DNA of 64,000 nt from Octopus vulgaris (Eukaryota), in assembly GCA_951406725.2 (NCBI GenBank), contig OX597819.1, positions 30,504,001-30,568,000 of the forward strand, in the 5' to 3' direction. The translations under genes were made by a program, and so were the position numbers. This document shows, piece by piece, positions 51,722 to 64,000 of this stretch. The notes under the pieces were generated by a model. It searched no databases and was not told the origin of the DNA. It worked only from the letters and a program-made list of their open reading frames with translations. Each line of letters begins with the position of its first letter. Position 1 is the first letter of the stretch.

Positions 51722-52945
51722 AAATTTATTCAATAAAATCGCCATTGGCTTCAACCACGGTCTCCAGATGACTTCGGAATCTCCTGCAACTCCTCTCGAC
51801 GGTCTCCTTGTTTAAGTTGGTGACTGCTGCCATAATCTGTTTTTTTTATTACCCACTAGGGGCGAACATAGAGGGGACAATACAATCTGATGTGAGGTCA
51901 GATACACGAATGGGATTACAAAAAGATGAATTTAAAAATTTACAAAAATTACAAAAATATGAAGAAATCGAAGAAATCGAATGAAGAACAGACCGGAAGA
52001 CATTACGGATGGAGTGGGAGCGGGTTTAGCTCGGACCCCACGAGCCCCGTCTCCCCACTGATACTTTGGTTTCGTCTAGTATTACATTTATGTGGTATCA
52101 TCCACTCGCAACTTTCGTGCTACATCCTTCCATCGTTCTTCATACACTCTCTTAGTCAGGCATTTTCTCTCCAGCCCTATCTTCCTTTTTAGGTGAAAGA
52201 TGAAGTAATTCATCAAACCAGGGCCGGAGATGAACTTACGTGACCGTAAACCATTCATCCTAGTCTTCCAAATTACCTCTTTCGCAATTGCTACTACAAC
52301 GAGAAAACAATTCTTACCTTCTTTCGTGAGGAAATCTGGTGGGTCAATTTTTATAATAGACTCAGTCGACAGCTGTACTCTTCGTGTACTTGACAACAGC
52401 TTTTCGGCATAAACCCACACCTCTGACACGACCGAACAATGAACAATAGCGTACGGGACAGTTTCCCTATCCCGCTCGCATCTTGGACTGCTGCCATAAT
52501 CGTTGCCTTCAATTCATCTTTGGTGTTACAAGGAATTTTGTTGGTCTCTCGCTCAACTGCACACCACTCATGATAATCAAGAGAGTTGCTGTCTGGGAGG
52601 TTAAGTGGCCAGATGTTAGAGGTGATGTGGTCGCAGAAATTATCTGACAGCCATAACTGGGTTCTTCCGCTTGTGTAGCATGGTGCAGTGTCTTGTTGAC
52701 AGACATAGGGACTTCCAGCAGCCACCCTCTTGGCCCAGGACAGCACTACCTCCTCCAGGCACTTGATGTAGGCTTTTGTGCTGAGTCTGAGGCCGTGTAG
52801 GAAAATGAATAGAGGCATAACGTCGCCATCACTAGTGATTACTCCCAAACAACATAATGTTGACTGGATGGTTGATTTTTATCACTCTCGGTACATGTTT
52901 TGAGGACTTGGCAAGCCAGCAGTTGTTTTTGTGCGTTCACCATCA
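51722..52945 (-). mobile_element. maT (DD37D) transposase fragment
   Basis: QQD-37 aa-D spacing (QQDTAPC...PDSNSLD); same family as 22227-23488. Confidence 0.88.
51838..52485 (-). mobile_element. 5'-truncated L1/Tx1 LINE inserted in the maT element
   Basis: 16-bp direct TSD GACTGCTGCCATAATC (51822-51837, 52486-52501); C-terminal ORF2 AKEVIWKTR; AATAAA plus A-tail. Confidence 0.92.
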
Positions 52946-53640
52946 GATTATGCTGGAGCATCACCTCGAAGAATTTTTTAGTCGAACGAATCGACCCCAG
53001 TACTTTTTATTTAAGCCTGGTACTTCTTCTATCGCCCCTTTGCCGAACCGCTAGTTGAAATACACCTAAAAATGGCGACACTGCAGTCAAAAAATCATTA
53101 AAAATAGGGGTTTTCATAGAAAAAAAGCACCTTTTTGATGTTGTCTCAAAGGAATGAGTGTCGTGGAGTTTAGCTACATCCAACAAAGACTAAGATCTTT
53201 CCTAAAATCCAGGGTTTTTATAACTGCTCAACTTGACTTAAAAGAATCGAAATCCCATACAAAATATTCTTTAAGTAACTTTAGAATCCTTATATGAGCA
53301 GTTATATTAGCCAATGGAAAAACGACAATAATATTTCTTCGGCAATACGACATTACGTCATATTGCCAGCTACCACATATTGGCGCCTTATTTTAAAATG
53401 GCTACTTGCTACATATGTAATGTTTGTGTGTGAATGTGTGTATATATGCCGATATATATATATAAATATATATATATATATGTACATATATATATATGTG
53501 TGTATATATATGTATATATATATATAAATATATACATAAACGTATGTATGTATACATGTGTGTAATGTTTATATACATATATAAAAAATGAGTAAATAGA
53601 AAAATAAAAATAACAATAAAAATATAAAATAATAATAAAA

Positions 53641-53679
<39 letters not shown>

Positions 53680-53707
53680 TATATATATGTGTGTATATAT
53701 ATGTATA

Positions 53708-53747
<40 letters not shown>

Positions 53748-54877
53748 AACGTATGTATGTATACATGTGTGTAATGTTTATATATATATAAAAAAAATGA
53801 GTAAATAGAAAAATAAAAATAAATAAATATATATATATATATATATAATAAATAAAATAAATAAAAAATAAAAATAAAAATAAAAATATAAAATAATAAT
53901 AAGAATAAAAATAATTAAAAATATATATATATATAAATATGTATATATATATATATAAATTTATAAGTATAAATTAATAATTAATTTTTTTTTTTAACGT
54001 TAAATTTAAATAATTTAAATTTTGAATTTTATATTTTATATATTTTTTGTATAGTATATTAATTAATTTTATTTCTATGTTTTGGTTTATGTTTTTTACT
54101 GTTTGATTTGCCTAATAGTGGTTTTTATCTCTAATTTAATATATATATTTATACTGTAAAATTAGATTTAATCCTAAATCTAATTTTTCCCTGTAAGTTT
54201 GGATTTACTCCCTAATATTATTATTATATACATATGAATAAACATAAATATTTGTGCGCGTGTGTTTGCGCGTGAGTGTGTGCCTGTGTATGGGCATGTG
54301 TATGCGCGTGTGTGTGCGCGTGTGTGTGCGCGCGAGTGTATGCACGTGTATGTGTGCGAGAATTTTGGTATGTTTCCGTAAATCTTTTTACACATCCTTT
54401 TAAGTTTTAAGCTCTCAAATATTGTATTTACACATTCTATAAGTTATAAGCCCTCAGATATTGTATCCTATCCCATTATTTTTCATCTGTTTTATACGCC
54501 CTAGTTGAGGTCTTTGAAACGTCAAGTCATCTACCAAACTTATTAGTAATGTTTATTTTACCAAATTTGACATTTACTTCTAGCAGAGTTGAGAAACTGT
54601 ATGGAAACGATTACATATATCAGCTAATGAAAACATTTCATTTATTCCATATTTCGTTATACCACACACACACACACACACGCACACAAGCACACACAGA
54701 TGCATGTATGTATGTATGTATGTATGTATGTATGTATGTATGTATGTATATGTATATACATACATATATATTTATATACATGTATATATATATATGTATA
54801 TATACACATATACATACATATATATATTTATATATACATACATATATATATATATATATAATATATATATATAAATG

Positions 54878-54929
<52 letters not shown>

Positions 54930-55299
54930 AATATACAAACATACGTGTGTGTATTTTTTTGTCAATAAATGACGTGTGGTATTTGATATTTTCTCAATAA
55001 GTTGACATTTTAGGGCAGTGAACACACTAAAACACTGAAATAGAAAAAAAGGCGGTTTTGTTGCTTTTTTTAGCTCGACGCAACACCTTTCTGTTTTAAA
55101 TATCGTTGTTGTTGTTGTTGTCAAATTTGTGGTTGTCACATTCAATGAAAAGCATGCTAAGCATGACTGTCTAAAGGCCTTTTATTTTCAAACATGTCTT
55201 AAAGATTGCTTCTTTAATGATGAATGGATGTTGTACAATGGAATGCAACTGCAGTTTATAACAAACGAAGATCAAATAAAGACTTCCCAAGTGGCCTAC

Positions 55300-56040
55300 G
55301 TAGGTATTTTCCGTAGCCTGTATGCGGATCTCTCGGATGATCAGTATAGAGGTCTCTCGAGTAGCCTGTTTAGAGACCCCTTTCGATTGGCTTTTATAGC
55401 GATCCCTTTATATATATTTCTTTACTACCCACAAGGGGCTAAACACAGAGGGGACAAACAAGGACAGACAATGGGATTAAGTCGATTACATCGACTCCAG
55501 TGCGTAATTGGTACTTAATTTATCGACCCCGAAAGGATGAAAGGCAAAGTCGACCTCGGCGGAATTTGAACTCGGAACGTAACGACAGACGAAATACGGC
55601 TAAGCATTTCGCCCGGCGTGCTAACGTTTCTGCCAGCTCGCCGCCATATAGATGTCTCTGCTGTGGCCTACATGAAGGTTTCTTTATTGGCTTGTACAGA
55701 CGTCTCTCTGATGACCTCTACAGAGCGCTGTATAGAGTGGTTTCTTTAATGACCTGTATACAAATTTTTCTGCTGAAGCTCCCTTGTTAGCCCGTGTAGT
55801 GTTTTCTCTGTTGATTTGTATAAAGACACTCTATTGGCCTGTATAGTGATTTCTCTCTTGACTTAATATTGCGGTTCTGTTAGTTTCCTGCACAGAGGTC
55901 TCTCTTGTAGCCTGTATAGAGGACCTTCTTTTGGTTTGTATAGGTGATTCTGTTTTGGCCTGTACAGAGATGTTTCTGGTGGCACGTACAGAAATATTTC
56001 TTTGGTTGCCAGTATAGTATGGTCTCTGTTGGCCTGTGTA
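55300..56040. repeat. Degenerate ~25-bp minisatellite (TAGCCTGTATAGAGGTCTCTCTG-like)
   Basis: Recurrent GCCTGTA(T/C)AGA units, interrupted by a SINE. Confidence 0.75.
55415..55646 (-). mobile_element. SINE family A
   Basis: Reverse complement of 5034-5262. Confidence 0.9.
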
Positions 56041-56539
56041 AAAAAAGAGACAGAGAGAGCCAAGATTAGGAAACTTTGAACATAGGACTGCTTGAATAGG
56101 ATCAGAGACCAAACAACGACGACGATGACAACGACAACAATTTACATGAGCTTACGAAAACTTGACACAATCTTCCAAAATATTACGTGATGCCTTTTGT
56201 AAGTTTATGCAAGTCATTTTTGCGTTGTACAGCACTGAATGTTTTATTGTTAGTCAATGAGACATAGTTCACATGAAAAGTCGCACTGAAATCAAACTTG
56301 ACATAATGAGAAATGCTGGTTGTCAAAAAAAATTGAGCAGTGCCCATAGCTTATGTAGTACCACAAGACTGGCAAGATTGATGCCGTTAATGATTAATTT
56401 GAACGTCGGTATGTTGACACCTGTTTGATAAACGAAGACAAGGAATCCCAGATGGTTGCAGTCGTGAAAAGAAAAAACTCATTGAACTGTTTTACTGAAG
56501 ATCTCCGATGGGAAACGCAATAATAGTTGTGGGGAGGTA

Positions 56540-57450
56540 ATACACAGTAAGCGGTTAGTCATAGTAAAATTACAGTAGGATGAGGGTCAAAGGAAAGTTG
56601 GTGGGAAGAGAATTACACAGTAAGAATTGTGGTGAGAGGTGAGACTCAGTAAGAGTGGTAGTAGGAAGTGAGACGCTAATGGTGGCAGGAGGGGATGATG
56701 CACAATTAGAATAGTATGATGAGACGAAACAGTAAGTTTGGCGTGTGAAGGAGCTATATACATCAAAGAAATAGGTCACTTTAGCAGCGATAGAGAGAAT
56801 CTCTAACAATCAATCATATGATGTTCTTTCGAATGGGGTCCAATGCTGCTTTTGTGCGTAGAGGCAACAACGCTCTACATATGAGAACAGTGTTAGAATA
56901 ATGACCTCGCTTGAGTTTTGTACAGAGTCCGCAAATGAACAGGGTTAAAGTATTTTCTGGCCCTAAAAGAGAACACTGAACTTTATGGTGCGGGACACCA
57001 TGAGTTATTATGTGGAGACTATGAGAAATTATCAGAGATTGAGGCCAAAAAATAACTTTAGTCGCTTGAAGGGTTTATTGTGTGTTGTGGTGACTAGAGA
57101 GGGAGATGTATATGAATGTTTTATGCGCATTTGATGCTATTGAAGGGTACTACACAGTCGTGTCTCCATTGAAGAATGCTTCAACGGACTCTGTTCTTAG
57201 ATGCAGTACTGGTCTGGCGTCTTTAAGTTCAATATCGATGTCACCTATTTGAAGAAGCTTAAGGATGAGTAGAGAATGGTATGATTTAAATGGGAGTGGA
57301 AGCTGCTAGAACTGACAGCAAAGAGGTCATTGCTGAGCGAGAAAGAGTTGGGGCAGCATAACAAGACCTTGCGGTCCACCAGAGTTGATAGAGCGTAGTA
57401 GTTCAAAGATATCTTTGTCACTATACCGCGTAGTGTGACAGTCTGACAGG
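56540..57450 (-). mobile_element. Old L2/CR1-group LINE fragments
   Basis: LCNSLPTNFPLTL resembles the LWNSLP C-terminal motif; heavily decayed. Confidence 0.4.
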
Positions 57451-58719
57451 ATGTGGAGAAATGAGAGATAGTAATGGAGGTGGAGAAAATTTTTAGCACA
57501 GGTTGTTTGTTTTTATAAAAAAGCACTAAGATTACACAACAAACAATAAATATTATAAACAAGAGAAACATAAATAGACTTTATTATGATGTATAGATTT
57601 CAAGGGTGTGTACGGTGAGGTCTACCAAAAGTCGCCAAATCATGGAAAACATGCACATCCTAGAAGGACCCTTTTCACCTCTCTTTACTTGTTTCTAGAT
57701 TCTGGGAAAGCATTGCCAACATTAAATAACAAACTTGCCCAGGCACAGAAAAAACTCTCACTACGATTAAGCAACAAGAACATCAGAGTAAACTTTCTGC
57801 TGCTCATGTGTAACTCAATGTCTATGAATCTCCATTCTGTTGGTTTTGTTTATGTTTCATTCTTTCATTGTTTTAGTGACTTAGCTTAAATGAAATGAAT
57901 AAAGTACCGAAACAAAAGTTTAAAAAATATATACTTCTACACGACTGGGTTGCGGTAATATGTTGCTTGAACAATAAAAAGTCTCTCTCTCTATGAATCA
58001 ATTATTACATCTCGACTAACAAAGGTATGATGACGGTTAGCAACTTCAACTAAAGATTTCTATCATGGTTAATTCTTTAAGTTCTTACTTTTTCAAAAGA
58101 TGCATACGAGGCAGTGAACATTCTAAATGAGAGTTTATTCATTATGATTTCATTCCCAAAATATCATAATTCTTAAGGAAAAATGTGTGTTATGCAAGCC
58201 AATGCTTTTTTCCTTGCAATCACTGGCGATCTTTTTTGTGTTGAATTCCCCCAATACTCTCCAGCATGTTTAATATTTTCTGTAATTTTAGAAAAGTTGT
58301 AGCTATATCAAGGAAACTTCATAACTGGCCAGCCTACATAGCTTAGGAATTCAATTAAGTCAACATAGTTATCTCATCCGCTGAATTAGTTGCTTCATAT
58401 GCTTGTTCTGTTTTTGCTAACATAATTATAAAACTACTGATTTTTTTTTTGTTTAGTCCCATTGTAATTTAATTTTGGTATAAATAAACTTGCACTGGCA
58501 TGAGATCACAAATGACAGCCAATTGTATTGATTCCATTATTCGACAAGGATTTATATTATTGAAGCTTAAGTTTGAAAGGGAACATGTACTCGTAAGCCA
58601 GCAAGGTTGGGAACTTAGTAACAGCAATATGAATACATTATTGATGCAGATTAAAACAATAGATTCACTGAATCAGTAAATATATTATTGATATCTTTTG
58701 GGAAGATGAATATAATATT

Positions 58720-58882
58720 CTTTTCTTTTCTACTCTAGGCACAAGGCCTGAACTTCTGGGGGAAGGGCTAGTCGATTAGATCGTCCCCAGTACGCAACTG
58801 GTACTTAATTTATCGACCCCGAAAGGATGAAAGGCAAAGTTGACCTCGGCGGAATTAGAACTCAGAACGTAAAGACAGACGA
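58720..58882 (-). mobile_element. 5'-truncated SINE family A (second tail type)
   Basis: 17-bp TSD AAGATGAATATAATATT (58703-58719, 58883-58899). Confidence 0.9.
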
Positions 58883-59941
58883 AAGATGAATATAATATTA
58901 TCTACATTATACTCCTGTTTTTATGAAAAAAAAAAGAAAAAAGGTCCTTGCAAGCTACAGACCCAGGATTTTCTGTGTATGAAAGCTTTAGTAAAGAAGG
59001 AAATTAACTATATAAAGTTACAAACATCGAGTCAGTTTTTAAATGTTGGTAAAAACTCAAAACAAAGATTAGTCCTGATGAAAACCTAGTGGCTATTATG
59101 CCACTATTCATCAGCTAGCGATAAGCTAAATATTCATTAGCTAGCAATAAGCTAAACTCTCATCCCTAATCTAATTGTTTGCTCAAATAGCCTAGCGTAT
59201 TCTGACACAGAAATTAAGAGCAATTAATAAAATAAGTAATCTTAATGAGATAAAACAAACAAAAATAACGTTGCTATGTTATTTTTCTGTAATTATTTCT
59301 GTTTGTATGTTCGCATAATCCCTTTATATACAATATATTACCATCAGGGGAGCGATTCCCTACCACCCTATGAGCCAAATAACTCGAAACTGAGTCAGTC
59401 TCGCGTTCCTGGTACCTGTTAGAGAGTGGTAGGGGTTCGGTCCCTTGCTAACAATATGTTGCATATACAGGGTGCTGAGTCGCACCGATCATCAGCTGAC
59501 AGAAAATCTGCCTGGAATTAAACTAGTAGTAACATTCAACAGCATCTTTGATGTGGCGACTGGCTTTACTGTTTATATATATATATATATACACAAGAAA
59601 AAAGCAACAAAAATGGATCAATATTTCGGTACAATTGTTTCGTACGAAGACCACCTTTATTAAGGCTGCAAATATTGCAGCCTTGTTTTTTTTGTTGCTT
59701 TTTTCTTGATTATAATCACCCCGCATTATCTTATGGTTAATACCATATAGATTTCTGGTGCATCTAAGTTAAGTACCTCATTCATGTGAATTCAACAGAA
59801 CTCACTTGAATCTTAATTGCTTTTACTGTATATATATATAGTTAATACAAACATGAAAACACAAAGAGAAAACACAACAACACGAGGACGTGGAACAAGT
59901 ATAGTATTATTGGACGCTCAGGAAAGAAGGAAAGAAGGAGG

Positions 59942-59976
59942 ATTTAACGTTTCGAGCGGAGCTCTTCGTCAGAAAC
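59942..59976 (-). ncRNA. Minimal type I hammerhead ribozyme (Penelope-type)
   Basis: GUUU-CUGACGA-A-GAGC(UCC)GCUC-GAAA-CG-UU-AAAU: core boxes, 4-bp stem II, palindromic AACGUU stem III, stem I GUUU/AAAU. Confidence 0.75.
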
Positions 59977-60093
59977 ATAAGAAAAGGAAAGATCCAAAGA
60001 AGGGAAGACGGAGAAAAAAATCGCCAACGGCACTCACGCGGTCACATTTATATATATATATATATAATTATTATTATTATTATTATAATTATA

Positions 60094-60171
<78 letters not shown>

Positions 60172-60339
60172 GTTGTTGTCGTTGTTGTTGTTATTGTTGT
60201 TATTGTTGTTGTTGTTGTTATCATTATTATTATTAAAGTTTGAAAATGGAGAGATTCAATCGGTATGAATTAATTAATAAACATATTTACCTACAAGTGT
60301 TTCATTTCACATCCAATTTAAATTACAAAACATATATAC

Positions 60340-60371
<32 letters not shown>

Positions 60372-60419
60372 ATGTGTGTGTATGTGTGTGTGTGTGTGCG
60401 TGTGTGTGTGTGTGTATAA

Positions 60420-60540
60420 AAATATATATAAAAATACAAAATGGGACAAGAACGCAAAACATTCAAATAGACGACACAAAAAAACGGACGGGTCATTCGA
60501 AGCCTCTAATCTTCAGTCAAGAACCGGATCATCATCAAGT
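60420..60540 (-). mobile_element. Penelope-like terminal repeat fragment
   Basis: Homologous to 13150-13265; inverted relative to and upstream of the Naiad ORF. Confidence 0.55.
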
Positions 60541-60706
60541 TTGTATTTCAAAATACCTTGGGTGGAAAATCTTCAGGGTATGAAAAAGGACAATACAGAG
60601 ATTACATTTTGTTCGGTTGAAATACTCCAACAGACTAAGAATACATAAATATGTTTATTATGTGTGTATATGTGTGTGCACGTTAACATTATTATTATTA
60701 TTTTTA

Positions 60707-60781
<75 letters not shown>

Positions 60782-60985
60782 ATAATGAGTTACAGTAAAT
60801 AAGAGTAAAAATACATAATGAATAAAATAAAATAAAAGTGAAATAAAATGTATGCTCATATTTGTATACGTGTGTGCCTATGTGTAAGTGTATATGTGTG
60901 TGTATATATATGTGTAGATACTTATGTGTGTGTGTGTGTGTAGATACTTACATACATACACATATATGCATGCATACATATATAC

Positions 60986-61038
<53 letters not shown>

Positions 61039-61313
61039 CATATATATATATATATATACACGCAGCAAGTATGGATGTCAATTGTTTATGCACCAATGTC
61101 TGTGCATGCGTATATATGTTTCCTTCCTAAGTTACTTATTAGAGTATATAAATAAAAGCATATAACAGTAAAAATAAAAATTAAAAAATAGAAATAAAAT
61201 AAGTAATAAAATAAAATAAATTAAATAAAAGTGAAATAAATTTATGCGTGCGTATGTATATGTGTATTTATAAATATACATATTTAACAAGTATGAATGT
61301 ATTTGTTCATGTC

Positions 61314-61360
<47 letters not shown>

Positions 61361-61499
61361 ATGTTTCCTTCTTAAGTTACTTTATTAATTCGTAAGTATG
61401 TATGCATATTAGTAAAATGTTATTAAAGTAATTATATTATTATTAATATTTAGATATATAGGCATGTTTACTATTTGTGTGAGCATGTGTAAGGGAAAA

Positions 61500-64000
61500 T
61501 TTTAAAACGAGGAAATTCCCGCCATCTAACGCTCATCATGAACCGATCGAAGATGAACTATGGAATTTAATAAAGAAAACATTGAATTTCAGAAATATCC
61601 AATTAGAAGGAATACACATTTAATGAAAATGAAATCTTTAGTCCTGAAACTCAAAAGAAAAAAAAATGGAATTGTAGTACACTCAGATAAGACAGGAAAT
61701 CTTTATAATTTGAACATTGATAAGTACCATGAACTTCTTACGAATGAAATTACAAAGAACTATGGAGTAGCTAAGATTAATTAACTTGGATTCTAAGAAT
61801 ATAGAATTGATGATTTGACAGAGCCATTTATTTCTAAAAGACCTAGAATCACCTTGAACGACAAAAAGGAAAACTTCCTAACTACCCTTAAAGTTAGACT
61901 AATATGCCGCGGAAAATCTGACAGAGGTATATCAAGTAAGAATATCTTAGATAAGTACATACCTATACTTAAGAAAAAGATTAAACTTGAACTTTGGGCA
62001 AATACCCAAGAAGCATTAGGCTGGTTATTGTTAATAAATATAAATTTAAAGTTTTGACAACTATTACTCTTTCATTAATCAGATAATAATGAATAAAGCT
62101 CTTATTTTCGCTAAAAATTAACTTCCTTCCTATTCCGACTTGAATAGGAAGGAACTTAATGTTATCTTAACAGCTAGAAAATCAGTGATGAAGTTTGATA
62201 ATAAATATTGGGTTAGAAAGAATTCCTATAATTCGTTTGACATAACCATGGAGTCCGCGGATTCGGCCCAAGTAACGGAAATAGAAGGCATATATGTTCT
62301 ATATAAGTGATATAATGAATTCTCTGTAATTACGGGTGGACTATAATAGAGATGATGCGCTGTTTATAATTACAAACCCATCAAATAGGAAATCAGAACT
62401 ATAAGAAAAATTATATAATTTTTTTAAAATTATGGTCTCTCGATATCTATAGAAAAAGAAAATAACCCGACTAATTTTTTAGATATTAACTTTAATCTTG
62501 TCACTGGTAAATATGAACTGTATTATAAGCCCAGTACGAATCTAAAATATATTAATAATCTGCGTAATCATCCCAAATCACTAAAAACATATTAATTAAA
62601 AACATAGAAAAAAGCTAACTTATCTTTCCTATAATGAAGAAATATTCAATAAAAATGCTGACTTCTATAATGATGTATTTGAAAAAAACTGGATATAAAT
62701 ATAAAATAAAATACTATAGACTTAGTGACTACATACTTACTGAAAATAGCGAAGATAAAATAAAGGGTAACCCAAATATGATATATACTATAAGAACTAA
62801 AACTACAGATAATGATAAAATATATAAAGTAAGTATGGATAGTTAAACAAACCCTAGGATAAATTACCAAAGTTTTAAAAACAGGAAAAGCAATAACAAA
62901 AGTGTAATGATAAATACTAAAATTGATTATAAACTCATCAAACATGATGCTAAATATAGTAATAATGAAGGCAAAAATAAAAAAAATCTAGTAGAACATA
63001 AATTAACAGCATTGATAACAATATATATGCTAATACTTACAATAGTAAACATAATATAAATACTAAAAGAAGATATACTCCTTGCATAACTTCTGAAAAA
63101 CATAATATGGATTATGGTAAACGCGGCGAGCTGGCAGAAACGTTAGCATGCCGGGTGAAATGACTAGCGGTATTTCGTCTGTCTTTACGTTCTGAGTTCA
63201 AATTCCGCTGTGGTCGACTTTGCCTTTCATCCTTTCGGGGTCGATAAATTAAGCACCAGTTACGCACTAGGGTCGATGTAATTGACTTAATCCCTTTGTC
63301 TGTCCTTGTCTGTCCCCTCTATGTTTAGCCCCTTGTGGCAATAAAGAAATAAGAAACGTTAACATGTCGGGTGAAATGATTAGCGGTATTTCGTCTGTCT
63401 TTACGTTCTGAGTTCAAATTCTGCCGTGGTCGACTTTGCTTTCATCCTTTCGGGGTCAATAAATTAAGTACCAGTTGCGTACTGGGGTCGATCTAATCGA
63501 CTCGCCCTCTCTCCCAAAATTTCGGACCTTGTGCCTAGAGTAGAAAAGAATGTGGATTATGGTTGTCTAAATAAAACCAATATTTGTGGTTCATTATCCT
63601 CTTTGCAAGTCAAATTAAAAGTAACACAGTCAGATCTATTTATCGATCAATACAGAAACATTTAAATAAAGATAATAAGTATAGTTAAATTCTTGATTCT
63701 AAATCTATAGAAGTTGGTCATTCCCTACCGAAGAATTTTTTGGCAGTTATATCCTCAATTAATAATTAAAAAATTAGATAGTTTTTATAACAATTGTAAT
63801 TTAAATAAAAATGATGTTAGGATAAATTATAATAAAAGAAGGCATATAACCCATATTAATTCCCTTCCTAACTCAAATAATAGGAATAATAAAAATGAAA
63901 ATAATTGTATTAATAATGATGTTAATATAAATTGTAGGGTTAAAGAAAATTGTAAATTTAATAATAATTGTAAACAGGATAACCTAGTATATAGGTGTAT
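61500..64000 (+). mobile_element. Decayed Penelope-like element, Naiad clade (RT; GIY-YIG expected beyond the window)
   Basis: SDKTGNLY, KVRLIC, FDITMESADSAQVTE, RDDAL, FLDINFNL, NHPKS, and a KHL..KY..ILDSKSIEVGHS..N..ISSINN segment matching the Naiad KHFP..IFNRN..SYSC region; many stops. Confidence 0.85.
63120..63548 (+). mobile_element. Dimeric SINE family A inserted in the Penelope element
   Basis: TSD AAT(A/G)TGGATTATGGT; two units with different tails. Confidence 0.9.

Noticed and set aside
55300-56040. CRISPR-like repeat-spacer array
   Set aside because: Degenerate tandem units without unique spacers, in eukaryotic DNA with no cas-like genes.
58150-58700. Possible decayed hAT transposase on the minus strand
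   Set aside because: Only a vague resemblance; no continuous frame or diagnostic motif.
63560-63790. Selenocysteine codons in the Naiad ORF
   Set aside because: The SYSC-equivalent position reads HSL and the copy is full of stops, so no UGA can be interpreted as Sec.

Overview
AT-rich, microsatellite-saturated animal genomic DNA, most likely a cephalopod (Octopus-like), judged from the tRNA-derived SINE families I recognise. Almost every ORF in the supplied track is a microsatellite or transposon artefact. The only host coding sequence I can support is one minus-strand exon (14302-14512) encoding the N-terminus of a claudin/PMP22/EMP/MP20-family protein (TM1 plus the W-GLW-C-C loop). The rest is a layered transposon landscape: about five modular SINE families, mariner (DD34D) and maT (DD37D) relics, hAT, Tc1 and GG-ended MITEs, compound Helitrons (one with PIF1-helicase remnants), L1/Tx1, R4/Dong, RTE and CR1/L2 LINE fragments, and a decayed Naiad-clade Penelope element with scattered Penelope-like termini, one carrying a minimal hammerhead ribozyme. 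Most notable: a Tx1 insertion bounded by a perfect 15-bp inverted (not direct) repeat; a SINE sharing its 3' tail with a Tx1 LINE in the same window; several long fold-back duplications anchored on microsatellites; and a SECIS/K-turn-like hairpin at three Penelope-like termini. I found no intact novel protein-coding system. Coordinates of decayed repeats are approximate.
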